A stretch of 64,000 nucleotides of DNA, from contig JBCCXZ010000010.1 of NCBI GenBank assembly GCA_039190745.1, positions 1-64,000 of the forward strand. The letters run 5' to 3'. Under the pieces are notes generated by a model, which saw only the letters and a program-made list of their open reading frames with translations, did no database searches and had not been told where the DNA came from. The stretch is from Planctomycetota bacterium (GTDB taxonomy: Bacteria; Planctomycetota; Planctomycetia; Pirellulales; Lacipirellulaceae). Below are positions 48,447-57,977 of this stretch, one piece after another; position 1 is the first letter of the stretch; each line of letters begins with the position of its first letter. The position numbers and the translations under genes are program-made.

Positions 48447-48726
48447 GGGGAAGGTCTCCAGGGGCGGGTGAGAACTGGGGAGGGCCGCGGGTCCGTCCCG
48501 GCATTGCTAGCAGAGTTCGACAAACATACCCGGCAAAATAGACCGACGGGGCCAAGTTTCCGGCCTGCGTAGAGATAACGGCCAGTCCGGGTGGTCGGGT
48601 CTGCGCAAGCGTTCGGGTTGTGCATCCGCCTTGCCGCGGTTTGGCGCGGTTGCTACGGTCCGCACCCCTCAGGCCGCCCCCGCCGGTCCTGGGACCCGTT
48701 GTTGCCAATCCCCGGAGCACGCGGAC

Positions 48727-49485
48727 GTGTGCACCCACCGACCTCGCCGCCATAACCCGACCGCCCGTGTGATGCTCGCCGTGGCCGCCGCCTCGCTCGC
48801 CTCGGCGGCCGGCTGCAGCCGCGTCACCTCGCAATCGCTCAACGCCGACGGCGTGCGGCTCTACCAGTCGGGCAACTACCAGGCGGCGACCGAGCAGTTC
48901 CAGAAGGCGATCGCCAGCAACCCCGAATCGGCCGACGGCTACTACAACCTGGCCTCGTCGCTCCACCAGAGCGGCAAGGTGCAGAACCGGCCCGACGACC
49001 TCCGCCGGGCCGAGGAATTGTACAACCAGGCGTTGAACTACTCGCCAGACCACGCCGACAGCTACCGCGGCCTGGCCGTGCTGCTGACCGACACCGGCCG
49101 CCGCGACGCGGCGTTCCGGCTGCTCGAGGGCTGGGCCGCCCGGAGCCCGCAGCTCGCCGACCCCCGGATCGAACTGGCACGGCTGCTCGAAGAGAGCGGC
49201 AGCTCTCAGCAGGCCACCACGCGGTTGGTCGAGGCGCTGGTGATCGACCCCCAGAACGCCCGGGCCCTAACGGCCCTAGGCCGGCTCCGCGAGCAATCGG
49301 GCGACACCGCCCAAGCGCTGGCCAACTACGAGCGGTCACTGAACGTGAACCGGTTCCAGCCGGAGATCGCCGCCCGCGTCGCGATGCTCAAAGCCAACGG
49401 CAGCGCGTCGGCGCTGCCCATGGGCCCGCCGAGCCAGCCTACGACGCGCACCGTGCAGCAGACGCGGCCGACAGTCCGCTACTAG
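48727..49485 (+). CDS. TPR-repeat lipoprotein
   Basis: Lipobox-like SAAGC and repeated TPR helices; start uncertain. Confidence 0.85.
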   Translation: MCTHRPRRHNPTARVMLAVAAASLASAAGCSRVTSQSLNADGVRLYQSGNYQAATEQFQKAIASNPESADGYYNLASSLHQSGKVQNRPDDLRRAEELYNQALNYSPDHADSYRGLAVLLTDTGRRDAAFRLLEGWAARSPQLADPRIELARLLEESGSSQQATTRLVEALVIDPQNARALTALGRLREQSGDTAQALANYERSLNVNRFQPEIAARVAMLKANGSASALPMGPPSQPTTRTVQQTRPTVRY

Positions 49486-50756
49486 CGGAGGCCGTGCTTC
49501 CGGCCGAGATGTTCCAGCGCCTCGCACGTCTTGCCGAGCCCGTTTCCGCCGTCGGCCCGTTCCGCTAAACGCTCGGCGGTCTCCCCGGCCTCGTCGTCGG
49601 AAAGCAAATCATCGAGCAACCGGTACAATCGGTCCGCGTCGACCCTGCCCCAGCGGAGCACACGGGCCACCCCTAGCTCAACCAGCCGCGAGGCGTTGTC
49701 AAACTGGTCGAACGCAATCGGCGTCACCAGATGCCGCACTCCCGCGGCGAGCCCCTGCGAGCAGGTGCCGATACCCCCGTGGTGCACCAGCGCCGCCGCC
49801 CGCGGAAGCAGCGTGCTGAACGGCACGTAGTCGAAGTGAGCGACGCCCTCCGGCAGCGGGTCCGGGATTTGGTCGGGGTACTTGCTCACCAACAAGCCGC
49901 GGCGACCGAGCCGCCGGCAGGCCTCGGCCGCGGCGTGGAAGAAGTCGGCCGAGCGGGTCATCGCAGAGCCCGGCGCGAACACGACCGGCCGCTCGCCCGC
50001 GGCGAGGAAGGCTTCGACGCGCTCGTCGAGGCGCCCACCGGCGGGATCGTCGCCAACCCTGTCCCACAGCGGGAAGCCGGTCGCGGTGTAGCTCGCCGGC
50101 CAGTCGGGCTGCGTCGGGGCGAACCACTCCGGGTACATTCCCACAACCAGCTCCGGCGAGAGGAACCAATCGCCCAAGATACGGCTTGCGGCCGGCAGCC
50201 CCTTCTCGGCGAGCAAACCGTTCACCGCGGGGCCCAGCAGCCGATCGACAATCAGCTTGTCCGCAAGCCAAAACTGGGCCCGCCGCAACCACCTCGGCGT
50301 CCGCTCGGACATCAGCATCCCGAACATCTGCGGCGAGCGGTGCATGCTCCGCAGCGAAATCGGCGCGTAGAAAACGGTGGCCATGGGGGCCCGTCCCTCG
50401 AGCTGGAGCACCCGGCTGGCCAGGTCGAGCGTGTGGGCGCCGAGCAGCGTCCTCCCCGGCCGCAGTTTCGTGTCGAGCAGCTCGTAGAGCGGGCGGACCA
50501 GGTGGGCGCCGTTAGCCCGCAGGACGAAGGCCGGCCCGCGGAGCGGGTGCCACAAGTCGGGGTCGGAAGTCAGCTCGTGGTACTCTTCGACGGTACCGAT
50601 CGGAAGGATATCGACGCCCGCCGCCTCCAGCACTGGGGCGAAGTAGGGGTTGGCGACCACCTCCACATCGTGCCCGCGGGCCCGCATCGCGGCGCCAAGC
50701 CCCGCCATCGGCAGCACGTCGCCGTAGCTGCCCAGCGCTGTTAGGATCAGGTGCAT
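49482..50756 (-). CDS. GT1-family glycosyltransferase (RhlB/sterol GT-like)
   Basis: GSYGDVLP, VHHGGIGT and FDQFDNA. Confidence 0.92.
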   Translation of the reverse strand: MHLILTALGSYGDVLPMAGLGAAMRARGHDVEVVANPYFAPVLEAAGVDILPIGTVEEYHELTSDPDLWHPLRGPAFVLRANGAHLVRPLYELLDTKLRPGRTLLGAHTLDLASRVLQLEGRAPMATVFYAPISLRSMHRSPQMFGMLMSERTPRWLRRAQFWLADKLIVDRLLGPAVNGLLAEKGLPAASRILGDWFLSPELVVGMYPEWFAPTQPDWPASYTATGFPLWDRVGDDPAGGRLDERVEAFLAAGERPVVFAPGSAMTRSADFFHAAAEACRRLGRRGLLVSKYPDQIPDPLPEGVAHFDYVPFSTLLPRAAALVHHGGIGTCSQGLAAGVRHLVTPIAFDQFDNASRLVELGVARVLRWGRVDADRLYRLLDDLLSDDEAGETAERLAERADGGNGLGKTCEALEHLGRKHGLR

Positions 50757-50815
50757 CCGTTCAACTCGGTGATCTTCGACCGCAAGGACAGGGCAGGCAA
50801 TAGAGAGTATTGGGC

Positions 50816-51583
50816 ATGAGCGACGCCTCGGCTACACCCCCTCACCCGGACGACGACGAGGACGACGACCTGGAGCTCGAGATCGAGCCGGTCGACCCCG
50901 AGATTCTCGCACGGGAAAAGCAGCGCGTTGCGGAGAAGGCGAAACGCGCGGAGGCCTCGATCGAGTTCGACGACCTCTACGACCGCTCGGAAGCCGACGA
51001 GCTGATGGACTTCAACTGGGTGAAGGACTTCCGCTTCACGACCCGGCACCTGCTGGTCGCAACGGCCCTGCTCGCGATCTACTTCACGCTGATCAACCTC
51101 TTCAACTTCGCGGCCGGCACCTTCGTGGCGTTCCTGCTCTCGGTCAGCTACGGCTGGTGGTTTGTCCGCAGGGAGGAAGCACGCAAGGAAGCCGAGCTGG
51201 AAAAGCGTCGTGCGGCTTACAAAGCACGCCTCCGCGCCGAACGCAAAGGGGAGCCGCTCACCGACGGACGCCCGCCGCTGGAGTTCGACGCATCGCCCGA
51301 CGACGCGTCCCCCAACAATGCCGTGGGCAAGGGCGCGGCGTTCCGCCCTTCATTCTCCGTGAAGGAGCTGCTAATCGGGATGACGGTCGCCGCAGTGTTC
51401 CTGGCTTCGGCGAAGTTCGTCGGCGGCACCGACAACCTCGCCCTGCTGCTCGGCTTCCTCTCACTGGGAGGGCTGCTCGTGAACGCCTTTGGCTTCGAGC
51501 CGCCCAAGCAGGTGACGCTCGCCTGGTGGTGGCTGCTGGTGCTGTACATCGGCGTCAGCCTCTGGTCCGCGTTCATAGGGTAG
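50816..51583 (+). CDS. Hypothetical membrane protein with two RF(S/T)-LL modules
   Basis: Acidic N-terminus; FRFTTRHLLV and FSVKELLI each precede TM helices. Confidence 0.7.
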   Translation: MSDASATPPHPDDDEDDDLELEIEPVDPEILAREKQRVAEKAKRAEASIEFDDLYDRSEADELMDFNWVKDFRFTTRHLLVATALLAIYFTLINLFNFAAGTFVAFLLSVSYGWWFVRREEARKEAELEKRRAAYKARLRAERKGEPLTDGRPPLEFDASPDDASPNNAVGKGAAFRPSFSVKELLIGMTVAAVFLASAKFVGGTDNLALLLGFLSLGGLLVNAFGFEPPKQVTLAWWWLLVLYIGVSLWSAFIG

Positions 51584-51590
51584 CCGGGCT

Positions 51591-53396
51591 CTACTCCGAG
51601 GCGGCAGTGGCCCCGGCCTGCGTGTGGACCCAACGGTCGACGTTCTGCTCCAAGATGTCCAGCGGCACCGCGCCGCCGCCGAGCACCACGTCGTGAAACG
51701 CCCGCACGTCGAACCGCGAGCCGAGTTGCTCTTCCGCCCCGGCACGCAGCTCGCGGATCTTCAGCTCGCCCGTCTTGTAGGCTAGCGCCTGCCCAGGCCA
51801 GGCGATGTAGCGGTCCACCTCAGCCGCGATGTTGTGGGCCGACATCGCCGAGTTGGCCTGCAGAAACTCGATCGCCTGTTCGCGCGTCCAACCGAAATAG
51901 TGGATGCCCGTGTCGACCACCAATCGGCAAGCCCGCCAGATTTCCATCGTCAGCCGGCCAAAATTGCTGTAGGGGTCTTCGTAGAAGCCCATCTCCAGGC
52001 CCAGCCGCTCCGCGTAGAGGGCCCAGCCTTCAACAAACGCCGTGAAGCCGCCGAACTTGCGGAAGTTCGGCAGGCCCTCCATTTCCTGCTGCAAAGCCAG
52101 CTGCAGGTGGTGCCCCGGCACGGCCTCGTGCAGAGACAACGCCGCCACCGTGTACAACGGCCGGCTCTTCAGGTTGTAGGTGTTCATGTAGAAGAACCCC
52201 GCGCGGCTGCCGTCGCCGCTGGGACGCATGTAGTAGGCCGAGGTCGTCCGCGGGGCGATGTACTCCGGCACCGGCCGCACCCCGTAGGGCATCCGCGGCA
52301 GCCGTCCGAAGAGCTCCGGCAGCTTGCCGTCCGCCGTCTTCAGCACAAACGCGACCTCTTTCAGCAGCGTCTCTTCGTCGTCGGCGTAGAACTGCGGCGC
52401 GGTCCGCAGGTGCTCGGTGAACGCGGCGAAGTCGCCGTCGAAGCCGACCTCGCGGATGATGTCGTCCATCTCACCGCGGATCCGCTCCACCTCGGCCAGC
52501 CCGCGCTGGTGCACCTCTTCGGGCGTGGTGTCGAGCGTCGTGTACCGTCGCACGCGGTGGCGGTAGAATGCCCGCCCGTCCTCCAAAGCCGAGATGCCGA
52601 TCGACCCCCGCGCCTGCGGCACGTACTCGTCGGCCATGAAGTCGCGGAACCGCCGGTACCCGGCCACCACGCCCTCGGCGATCGCCGCCCGGCCGGCGCT
52701 GCGGAGGCGCTCGTGCTCGGCGGCGTCGACCGTCGAGGGGAATTCCGCCAACGGTTCGTAGAGCAAACTCTGCTCGGGGCGGTCGACGATGTGCGTGTCG
52801 ACCGACTCTTGCCAACCCTCCAGTGTCACCGCGGACAGCGTCTTGCCCGACTCGATCCCGGCGCGCATCAGCTCGATGTGCCCCGCGGCGTACCCGTCGA
52901 ACGACGCCAGCCGGGCGATGTAGTCCTCGTAATCGTCGACCGTCACGAGCGTCATCTCGCGCCGCAGTTCGGGGAAATCAACGTGGAAACCGCTGCGGTG
53001 CGTGATCGGCCGGAAGTGCGCCTGGTACTTGTGCTCGGCGATCCGCTCTTCAATCTGCCGGAACTGGATGTCGTAGTCGGCCAGCCGACCGGCGGGCAAT
53101 GCGTCGCGGTCAATCGCCGTGAGTTGATCGCGGAAGACGCGCATCCGCTCGGCGCGGCGGTCGCTGTCGGCCAGCGACGTCGGCGAGAGCCGGTCGTTGT
53201 ACCGGCGGTCGCCCACGCTCGTGGCGAACCAGGGGAACTCTTGGAGCCGGAACTCCCAAACGTCGTTGGCGATTGCGTCGAACGCGGCCTCCGCGTCGGA
53301 CGCTCCCCCGTCTGTTGCCAGCCCCGAGCGGCACGGCGTTAGGACAAATGCGATCAAGAACGAAACGGGGAGAATCAGGAGGCGCAAATGTGGCAT
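51591..53396 (-). CDS. DUF885 family protein
   Basis: HEAVPGHHLQ, EGWALYAE, RLVVDTGIH and PGQALAYK; signal peptide. Confidence 0.93.
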   Translation of the reverse strand: MPHLRLLILPVSFLIAFVLTPCRSGLATDGGASDAEAAFDAIANDVWEFRLQEFPWFATSVGDRRYNDRLSPTSLADSDRRAERMRVFRDQLTAIDRDALPAGRLADYDIQFRQIEERIAEHKYQAHFRPITHRSGFHVDFPELRREMTLVTVDDYEDYIARLASFDGYAAGHIELMRAGIESGKTLSAVTLEGWQESVDTHIVDRPEQSLLYEPLAEFPSTVDAAEHERLRSAGRAAIAEGVVAGYRRFRDFMADEYVPQARGSIGISALEDGRAFYRHRVRRYTTLDTTPEEVHQRGLAEVERIRGEMDDIIREVGFDGDFAAFTEHLRTAPQFYADDEETLLKEVAFVLKTADGKLPELFGRLPRMPYGVRPVPEYIAPRTTSAYYMRPSGDGSRAGFFYMNTYNLKSRPLYTVAALSLHEAVPGHHLQLALQQEMEGLPNFRKFGGFTAFVEGWALYAERLGLEMGFYEDPYSNFGRLTMEIWRACRLVVDTGIHYFGWTREQAIEFLQANSAMSAHNIAAEVDRYIAWPGQALAYKTGELKIRELRAGAEEQLGSRFDVRAFHDVVLGGGAVPLDILEQNVDRWVHTQAGATAASE

Positions 53397-53476
53397 CTCT
53401 AGAGGCGCCCCGGGGATTGAAAAGTCGTCGGCCGGCAGCCGCAACTTAACACGCCCCCAACGCCCGGGCCAACCGC

Positions 53477-53986
53477 CTACCGCAACGGCTTCTTGCCCAT
53501 CAGACGCCGCAGCAGCGCGATCTGCCCGGCGTGTACCAGCTCGTGCTTGCTGCACCACTCGACGGCCCCGAGCTTCGTGGTGAACACCGGATGCGGCGGC
53601 TCCGTCGGCGTGTCGAGCGCTTCGCCGGTCGTCTCGGCAAGCTCCGCGAGCGTCCGCTCGTGGACACCGCTGAGCACCCGGCGGAACTCTGCGACCGAAG
53701 GGTTGTCCGCAGGATCGGGCTCGGCGTAGCTGCGGATCTTGAACAGTTCCATGAACCCGATCGGCGCGAACGACTCGTCCTCCTCACGCCGGCCGCGCAC
53801 ACGTTTGAGGCACAAGCTGTACTCGGCGTACGCGATGTGGCCCACCTGCCAGGCGACGTGCGTGTCAAACCCCGGCGGACGCCAGTACCACTGCTCGTCG
53901 GTGAGGTCTTCCAAGAACGGCAGCGTGAAGTTGCGCGAGAAACGGAGCTGCTCGATCGCTTGGGCTAGTCGGTCGTTGGGAGTCAT
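53477..53986 (-). CDS. DinB-family protein
   Basis: WQVGHIA ... HELVHAGQI. Confidence 0.88.
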   Translation of the reverse strand: MTPNDRLAQAIEQLRFSRNFTLPFLEDLTDEQWYWRPPGFDTHVAWQVGHIAYAEYSLCLKRVRGRREEDESFAPIGFMELFKIRSYAEPDPADNPSVAEFRRVLSGVHERTLAELAETTGEALDTPTEPPHPVFTTKLGAVEWCSKHELVHAGQIALLRRLMGKKPLR

Positions 53987-54026
53987 ACTCGAAGGGTCCT
54001 TTCCTGCGTCAGGCTAGCACAAGCCG

Positions 54027-54386
54027 CTAACGCGCACACCGTCCCTCGCAAGAGTCTGAGCATCGCGCGCCGTTCTTCTTAGCGAGCATTGCCTTGGCCA
54101 ACAGATCCTCGGCACGCTTCCGCTTGGCATGAGCCCGCGCCCGGCAGAGCAGGCACGGCATCCGCACCAACCCGCCGCAACCCCCGCACCGCTCGGGCAA
54201 GTAGCTCAGCCCGTCGCGGCCGACGTGCTGCTCACCCGGCTCGCGGCCGTATAGACCACGCGCACCGCTGGCGACCTGGGCCACCGTTCCACGGCTGACG
54301 CCCACGCTGCGGGCGATCGCCCGTTGTGAGTGCCCGCCGTCGTCCAGCAGCTTGCGGACTTCTTTGATCTTCTCGAGTGGCAGCAT
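54027..54386 (-). CDS. HTH protein with CxxC-CxxC Zn ribbon
   Basis: SQRAIARSVGVSRGTV; CGGC...CLLC. Confidence 0.75.
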   Translation of the reverse strand: MLPLEKIKEVRKLLDDGGHSQRAIARSVGVSRGTVAQVASGARGLYGREPGEQHVGRDGLSYLPERCGGCGGLVRMPCLLCRARAHAKRKRAEDLLAKAMLAKKNGARCSDSCEGRCAR

Positions 54387-54447
54387 CGCAGTACCTAACC
54401 AGAGGGTCCCGGGGAGCAGAACGACGCGGAATCGCGACCGCGGGGCA

Positions 54448-54714
54448 TCATGCGTCGCCGGTCCAGAAGTCCCCCGGCTCGGGGTACGGGTCCAACTCGC
54501 CTTCTTCGGGCAGGAAGGCGTCGAGGTCGGCGTCGCTCAACACTCGCTGCGATCTCGGGACGGGCGAAGTGCGCGACGGCTCGGGCGTGCCGCCGCTGCC
54601 TGGGTGCGAGGGGGTGCGCGGCGAATGAGCTTGCCGATCTATGCCTTCTCGAATCGAGGGCTCATTGCGGAAGGGGCGGGACTCGTGGGGGCTGGAGAAG
54701 CTGGGGCGGCTCAT
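54448..54714 (-). CDS. Small disordered protein with acidic C-terminal motif
   Basis: ATG after GAGAAG; ends LSDADLDAFLPEEGELDPYPEPGDFWTGDA. Confidence 0.55.
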   Translation of the reverse strand: MSRPSFSSPHESRPFRNEPSIREGIDRQAHSPRTPSHPGSGGTPEPSRTSPVPRSQRVLSDADLDAFLPEEGELDPYPEPGDFWTGDA

Positions 54715-54831
54715 GGTGGTTTCTTCTCTCGTTACTGGCGGCGGTTTTTTCTGGCGGCTCCCGCCCGTGTCCTTAAGGCGGCCGGACATTCCTGCGCCGA
54801 GGCAGCCTCGACGCGAACAGAAAACTAGCAG

Positions 54832-54870
54832 AAATAGTGGCCACAAAATATACAATTGTTCACTATTTTT
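54832..54870. promoter_or_regulatory. AT-rich palindromic operator-like site
   Basis: AAATAGTG...CACTATTT enclosing TATACAATTGTTCA, in otherwise GC-rich DNA. Confidence 0.5.
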
Positions 54871-55077
54871 GCCGAGACTAGAACCGTCTGTCATCTGCCC
54901 TCGCGCGCCTAAAGAAACCGCTGAATTGCGGTTGAGCGCGAGTCGGCCAGCTCACATAAGAGATACTCGTCGCCCAAGCACAGCGGGCGGCAACGCTTAC
55001 GCCCGAGCCGGTGCATCAGGCGAGCGGTAGAGATTGGGGTGAACACGCTAGCCGTCCACCGCGACACGCCGAAGGAC

Positions 55078-56595
55078 TCAAGGCTGCAGAGTTTGCTGGG
55101 TCGATAAGAAGAGTTCGTGCATCAGCCGATCGTCCCGACGCAAGTCGTCCCGCATCGCCGCGGTGAGGGTCCCCGCGGCTTCGCGCGCACGGTCTGCTTC
55201 GCCCAGGCCAGAGAAAGCGATCGACAGCCCTGCGTACGTAAAGGCGGCCAAGCCGCCTTGCGACTCATTCTCCAGGCACCAACGCCGCAGACGGTTCAGA
55301 GGTCGCAACGCCTTGCGGTACTCCTGCGAAACCTGCAGGTAGTAGCGCACCAGGCCTTGGTCGGCCAGCTGCAGGATGAACTCGTCGGCCTCCGGGAAGT
55401 GCCGCCTCACGGCGAGCCAAGCGTTCTCGCTGTTGGCGAGCTTGGCCTGGTAGACCTGCTGCCAGGGCGAGTCCCGCTTCTGCACTGGGCTAGCGGACGC
55501 ACCGGAAAGGTACGGCTCGGGCCGTGTCGCGAGGCCGACCAAGCCGCCGACGACCAGCGCCCCCAGCCACAGCGCCCCCCGACGCCAGAACCGATGGGTG
55601 CCGACCGCCCGATCGGCAGCCGACTCTTCACGCATCAGCTGCCCCAACTCCTGCGTGTGCGTCGCAAGGGGCGTCGCCGCGGAAACCAGCTCGGGCAACG
55701 CCCAGTCGGCCGTGCCGTCGGCCCATCCTTCGCGTTCGCCCTCGGCGGCCAGACGGTGCAGGTCGGCCAGCAGTTGTTGGGCCGATTCGTACCGGGCCTC
55801 CGGCTTCTTGGCCATCATCCGGTGCACCAAGCGGGCGAGGGCCTCCGGCACGCCTGGCCGGGCGTTCTCCAGCGCCGCCGGCACGCTGTTGAGGTGTTGC
55901 ACGGCGATCGACAGCGCGGTGTCGCCCGTGTGCGGAGGCGTGCCGGCGAGCAGGTGGTACGCCGTGACGCCGAGGGAATAGATGTCGCTCCGCGCGTCCA
56001 GCTTGCCGCCCTCGACCTGCTCGGGGCTCATGTAGAGCGGCGTGCCCATCGTGACGCCCACTTGGGTGAGCGTGCTGCTGTTGCCGTCGTAGGCCCGGGC
56101 CAGGCCAAAGTCCGCCACCTTCACCTCGCCGCTGCTGGAAAGCAGCAGGTTCTCCGGCTTGATGTCGCGGTGGATGATCGACCGCTCCGCCGCCTTGGCG
56201 AGCGCCCCCGCCGCCTGGCGGAGCACCTGCAGCACCAGCCGCGGCGGTAATGCGCCGTCCCGCTGCAGAACCTGCCCGAGGTTCCGCCCCGGGACGTACT
56301 CTTGGGCGATGAAATGCAGGCCGTCGTGGCAGCCGACCTCGTAGACCTGCACGATGTTGGCGTGCACCAGGGAAGCGGCCGAACGCGCTTCGTTGGTGAA
56401 CCGCTGCACGTAGCTCGCGTCGCGCGCCAGGTCGGGCGGCAGCACCTTCACCGCGATCTGCCTGCCTAGCGAGACCTGCTCGGCCAAGTAAACATCGGCC
56501 ATGCCGCCCGAGGCGATCCGCCGCAGCATGCGGTACTCGCCGACCGATTGGCCGACCAGATCGGGACGCGGCGTCGTGGCGGAGCTCTCGGTCAT
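55078..56595 (-). CDS. Membrane-anchored Ser/Thr protein kinase
   Basis: GGMADVY, AVK, HRDIKPEN, DFGLA and YMSPE; TM helix. Confidence 0.96.
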   Translation of the reverse strand: MTESSATTPRPDLVGQSVGEYRMLRRIASGGMADVYLAEQVSLGRQIAVKVLPPDLARDASYVQRFTNEARSAASLVHANIVQVYEVGCHDGLHFIAQEYVPGRNLGQVLQRDGALPPRLVLQVLRQAAGALAKAAERSIIHRDIKPENLLLSSSGEVKVADFGLARAYDGNSSTLTQVGVTMGTPLYMSPEQVEGGKLDARSDIYSLGVTAYHLLAGTPPHTGDTALSIAVQHLNSVPAALENARPGVPEALARLVHRMMAKKPEARYESAQQLLADLHRLAAEGEREGWADGTADWALPELVSAATPLATHTQELGQLMREESAADRAVGTHRFWRRGALWLGALVVGGLVGLATRPEPYLSGASASPVQKRDSPWQQVYQAKLANSENAWLAVRRHFPEADEFILQLADQGLVRYYLQVSQEYRKALRPLNRLRRWCLENESQGGLAAFTYAGLSIAFSGLGEADRAREAAGTLTAAMRDDLRRDDRLMHELFLSTQQTLQP

Positions 56596-56640
56596 ACGCC
56601 CTGCGTGGGGTGTCCGATCAGCAAACACTCGGCGGCTGCT

Positions 56641-57522
56641 CTACGCGCGGGCCGGGACCGTCACGCTGTTGAGCACCCGCTCGGTCGCCTGCGACTTGTT
56701 CAGCACATAAAAATGGATGCCCGGCACGCCGTGCGTGAGCAGCTCGTGCGTCTGCCGCGTGGCGAACTCGACGCCGATCTCGAACTGCGCCGCCGCGTCT
56801 TCGGCGTGCTCCTCCAGGCCGTCCTGGAACTCCGCGGGCAGCTTCGCCCCGCACAGCGCCGCGATCCGTTTGATCTGCGCAAGGTTGGTCACCGGCAGCA
56901 GCCCGGGCACGATCGGGGCGTCGATGCCCGCCGCCTCGCACCGCTCGCAGAAGTCGAAGTAGTCGCGGTTGTCGTAGAACAGCTGCGTGATGATCACGTC
57001 GGCGCCGGCGTCCATTTTCCGCTTGAGGTTCTCGATGTCGGCCTCGGGGCTGGGCGCCTCCTGGTGCGTCTCGGGGTACCCACCCACCGCGATGCCGCAC
57101 TCGGGGAACCACTCGCGGACCGCTGCCACGAGTTCGTTGGCGTAAGCAAAACCGCCCTCGACCGGCTTGAACGACTCTTCGCCCTGCGGCGGGTCGCCCC
57201 GGAGGGCCACCACGTTGTGCACGCCCAACGCCTGGGCCCGGTCGAGATACTCACGGATCTGATCGGGGGTCCGGCCGACGCACGTCAGGTGCGTCGCCAC
57301 GGGCAGGCCGTACTTTTGACGGACCTGCCCGATAACCTCCAACGTCTTGTCCTGCGTCGAGCCGCCCGCGCCGTAGGTGCAGGTCATGAAGCTCGGCTCG
57401 AACGCCGACAGCTTGTCGGCGTGCTTGAACAGCGCCGTCATGCCCTCGGCGGTCTTCGGCGGGAACAACTCGAACGACAGCCCGAATTGCCCCGGCTGGA
57501 AGCAGTTTGCGATGGAATCCAA
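56641..57522 (-). CDS. metF: 5,10-methylenetetrahydrofolate reductase
   Basis: SFELFPPK, TYGAGG, ALRGD, ITQLFY and HFYVLN. Confidence 0.96.
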   Translation of the reverse strand: MDSIANCFQPGQFGLSFELFPPKTAEGMTALFKHADKLSAFEPSFMTCTYGAGGSTQDKTLEVIGQVRQKYGLPVATHLTCVGRTPDQIREYLDRAQALGVHNVVALRGDPPQGEESFKPVEGGFAYANELVAAVREWFPECGIAVGGYPETHQEAPSPEADIENLKRKMDAGADVIITQLFYDNRDYFDFCERCEAAGIDAPIVPGLLPVTNLAQIKRIAALCGAKLPAEFQDGLEEHAEDAAAQFEIGVEFATRQTHELLTHGVPGIHFYVLNKSQATERVLNSVTVPARA

Positions 57523-57977
57523 CGTTGTCTCCGGCCTTCTGAGTTGTGTGCTGCTGGTCTTGGGTGCGGCCTAAAACCTAGGTCTACTCTAGAATCTACT
57601 CGGTCGACAGGCAACGAAAGGCCCGCGGGGACGGTCCGACCGTCGGCAAGTGGAAAAACAAGTTTCCAGCAACCGCAGGCGGTTAACCACCCGCTCCCAA
57701 AATTCGATGTCCGTAATCGTAGAAAAGGGCGGCGAAAAACGAACAGTAGTGCGACAATCTGCGATTCCCTGTAGAATCCGCACACCCTGCGGAGACGGAC
57801 GCTCTGAGCCCGTCTAGCGCTGGCGGGCCTGCCACGGGCAAGAAGGTTGTTTACCCGCTTGGTTGGCCTCCAAATCGATCCCCAGCCGCGCCTCGGCGCC
57901 GAGCCCCAAATGATTCCCTGCGAGTCCGCCATTCCGAGCGGTCCCTGCAGCCAAGCCCCGTCCAACGCGAGACCGTT

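Noticed and set aside
57523..57977. Possible SAM/SAH riboswitch before metF
   Set aside because: No consensus recognisable; it looks like a divergent promoter region
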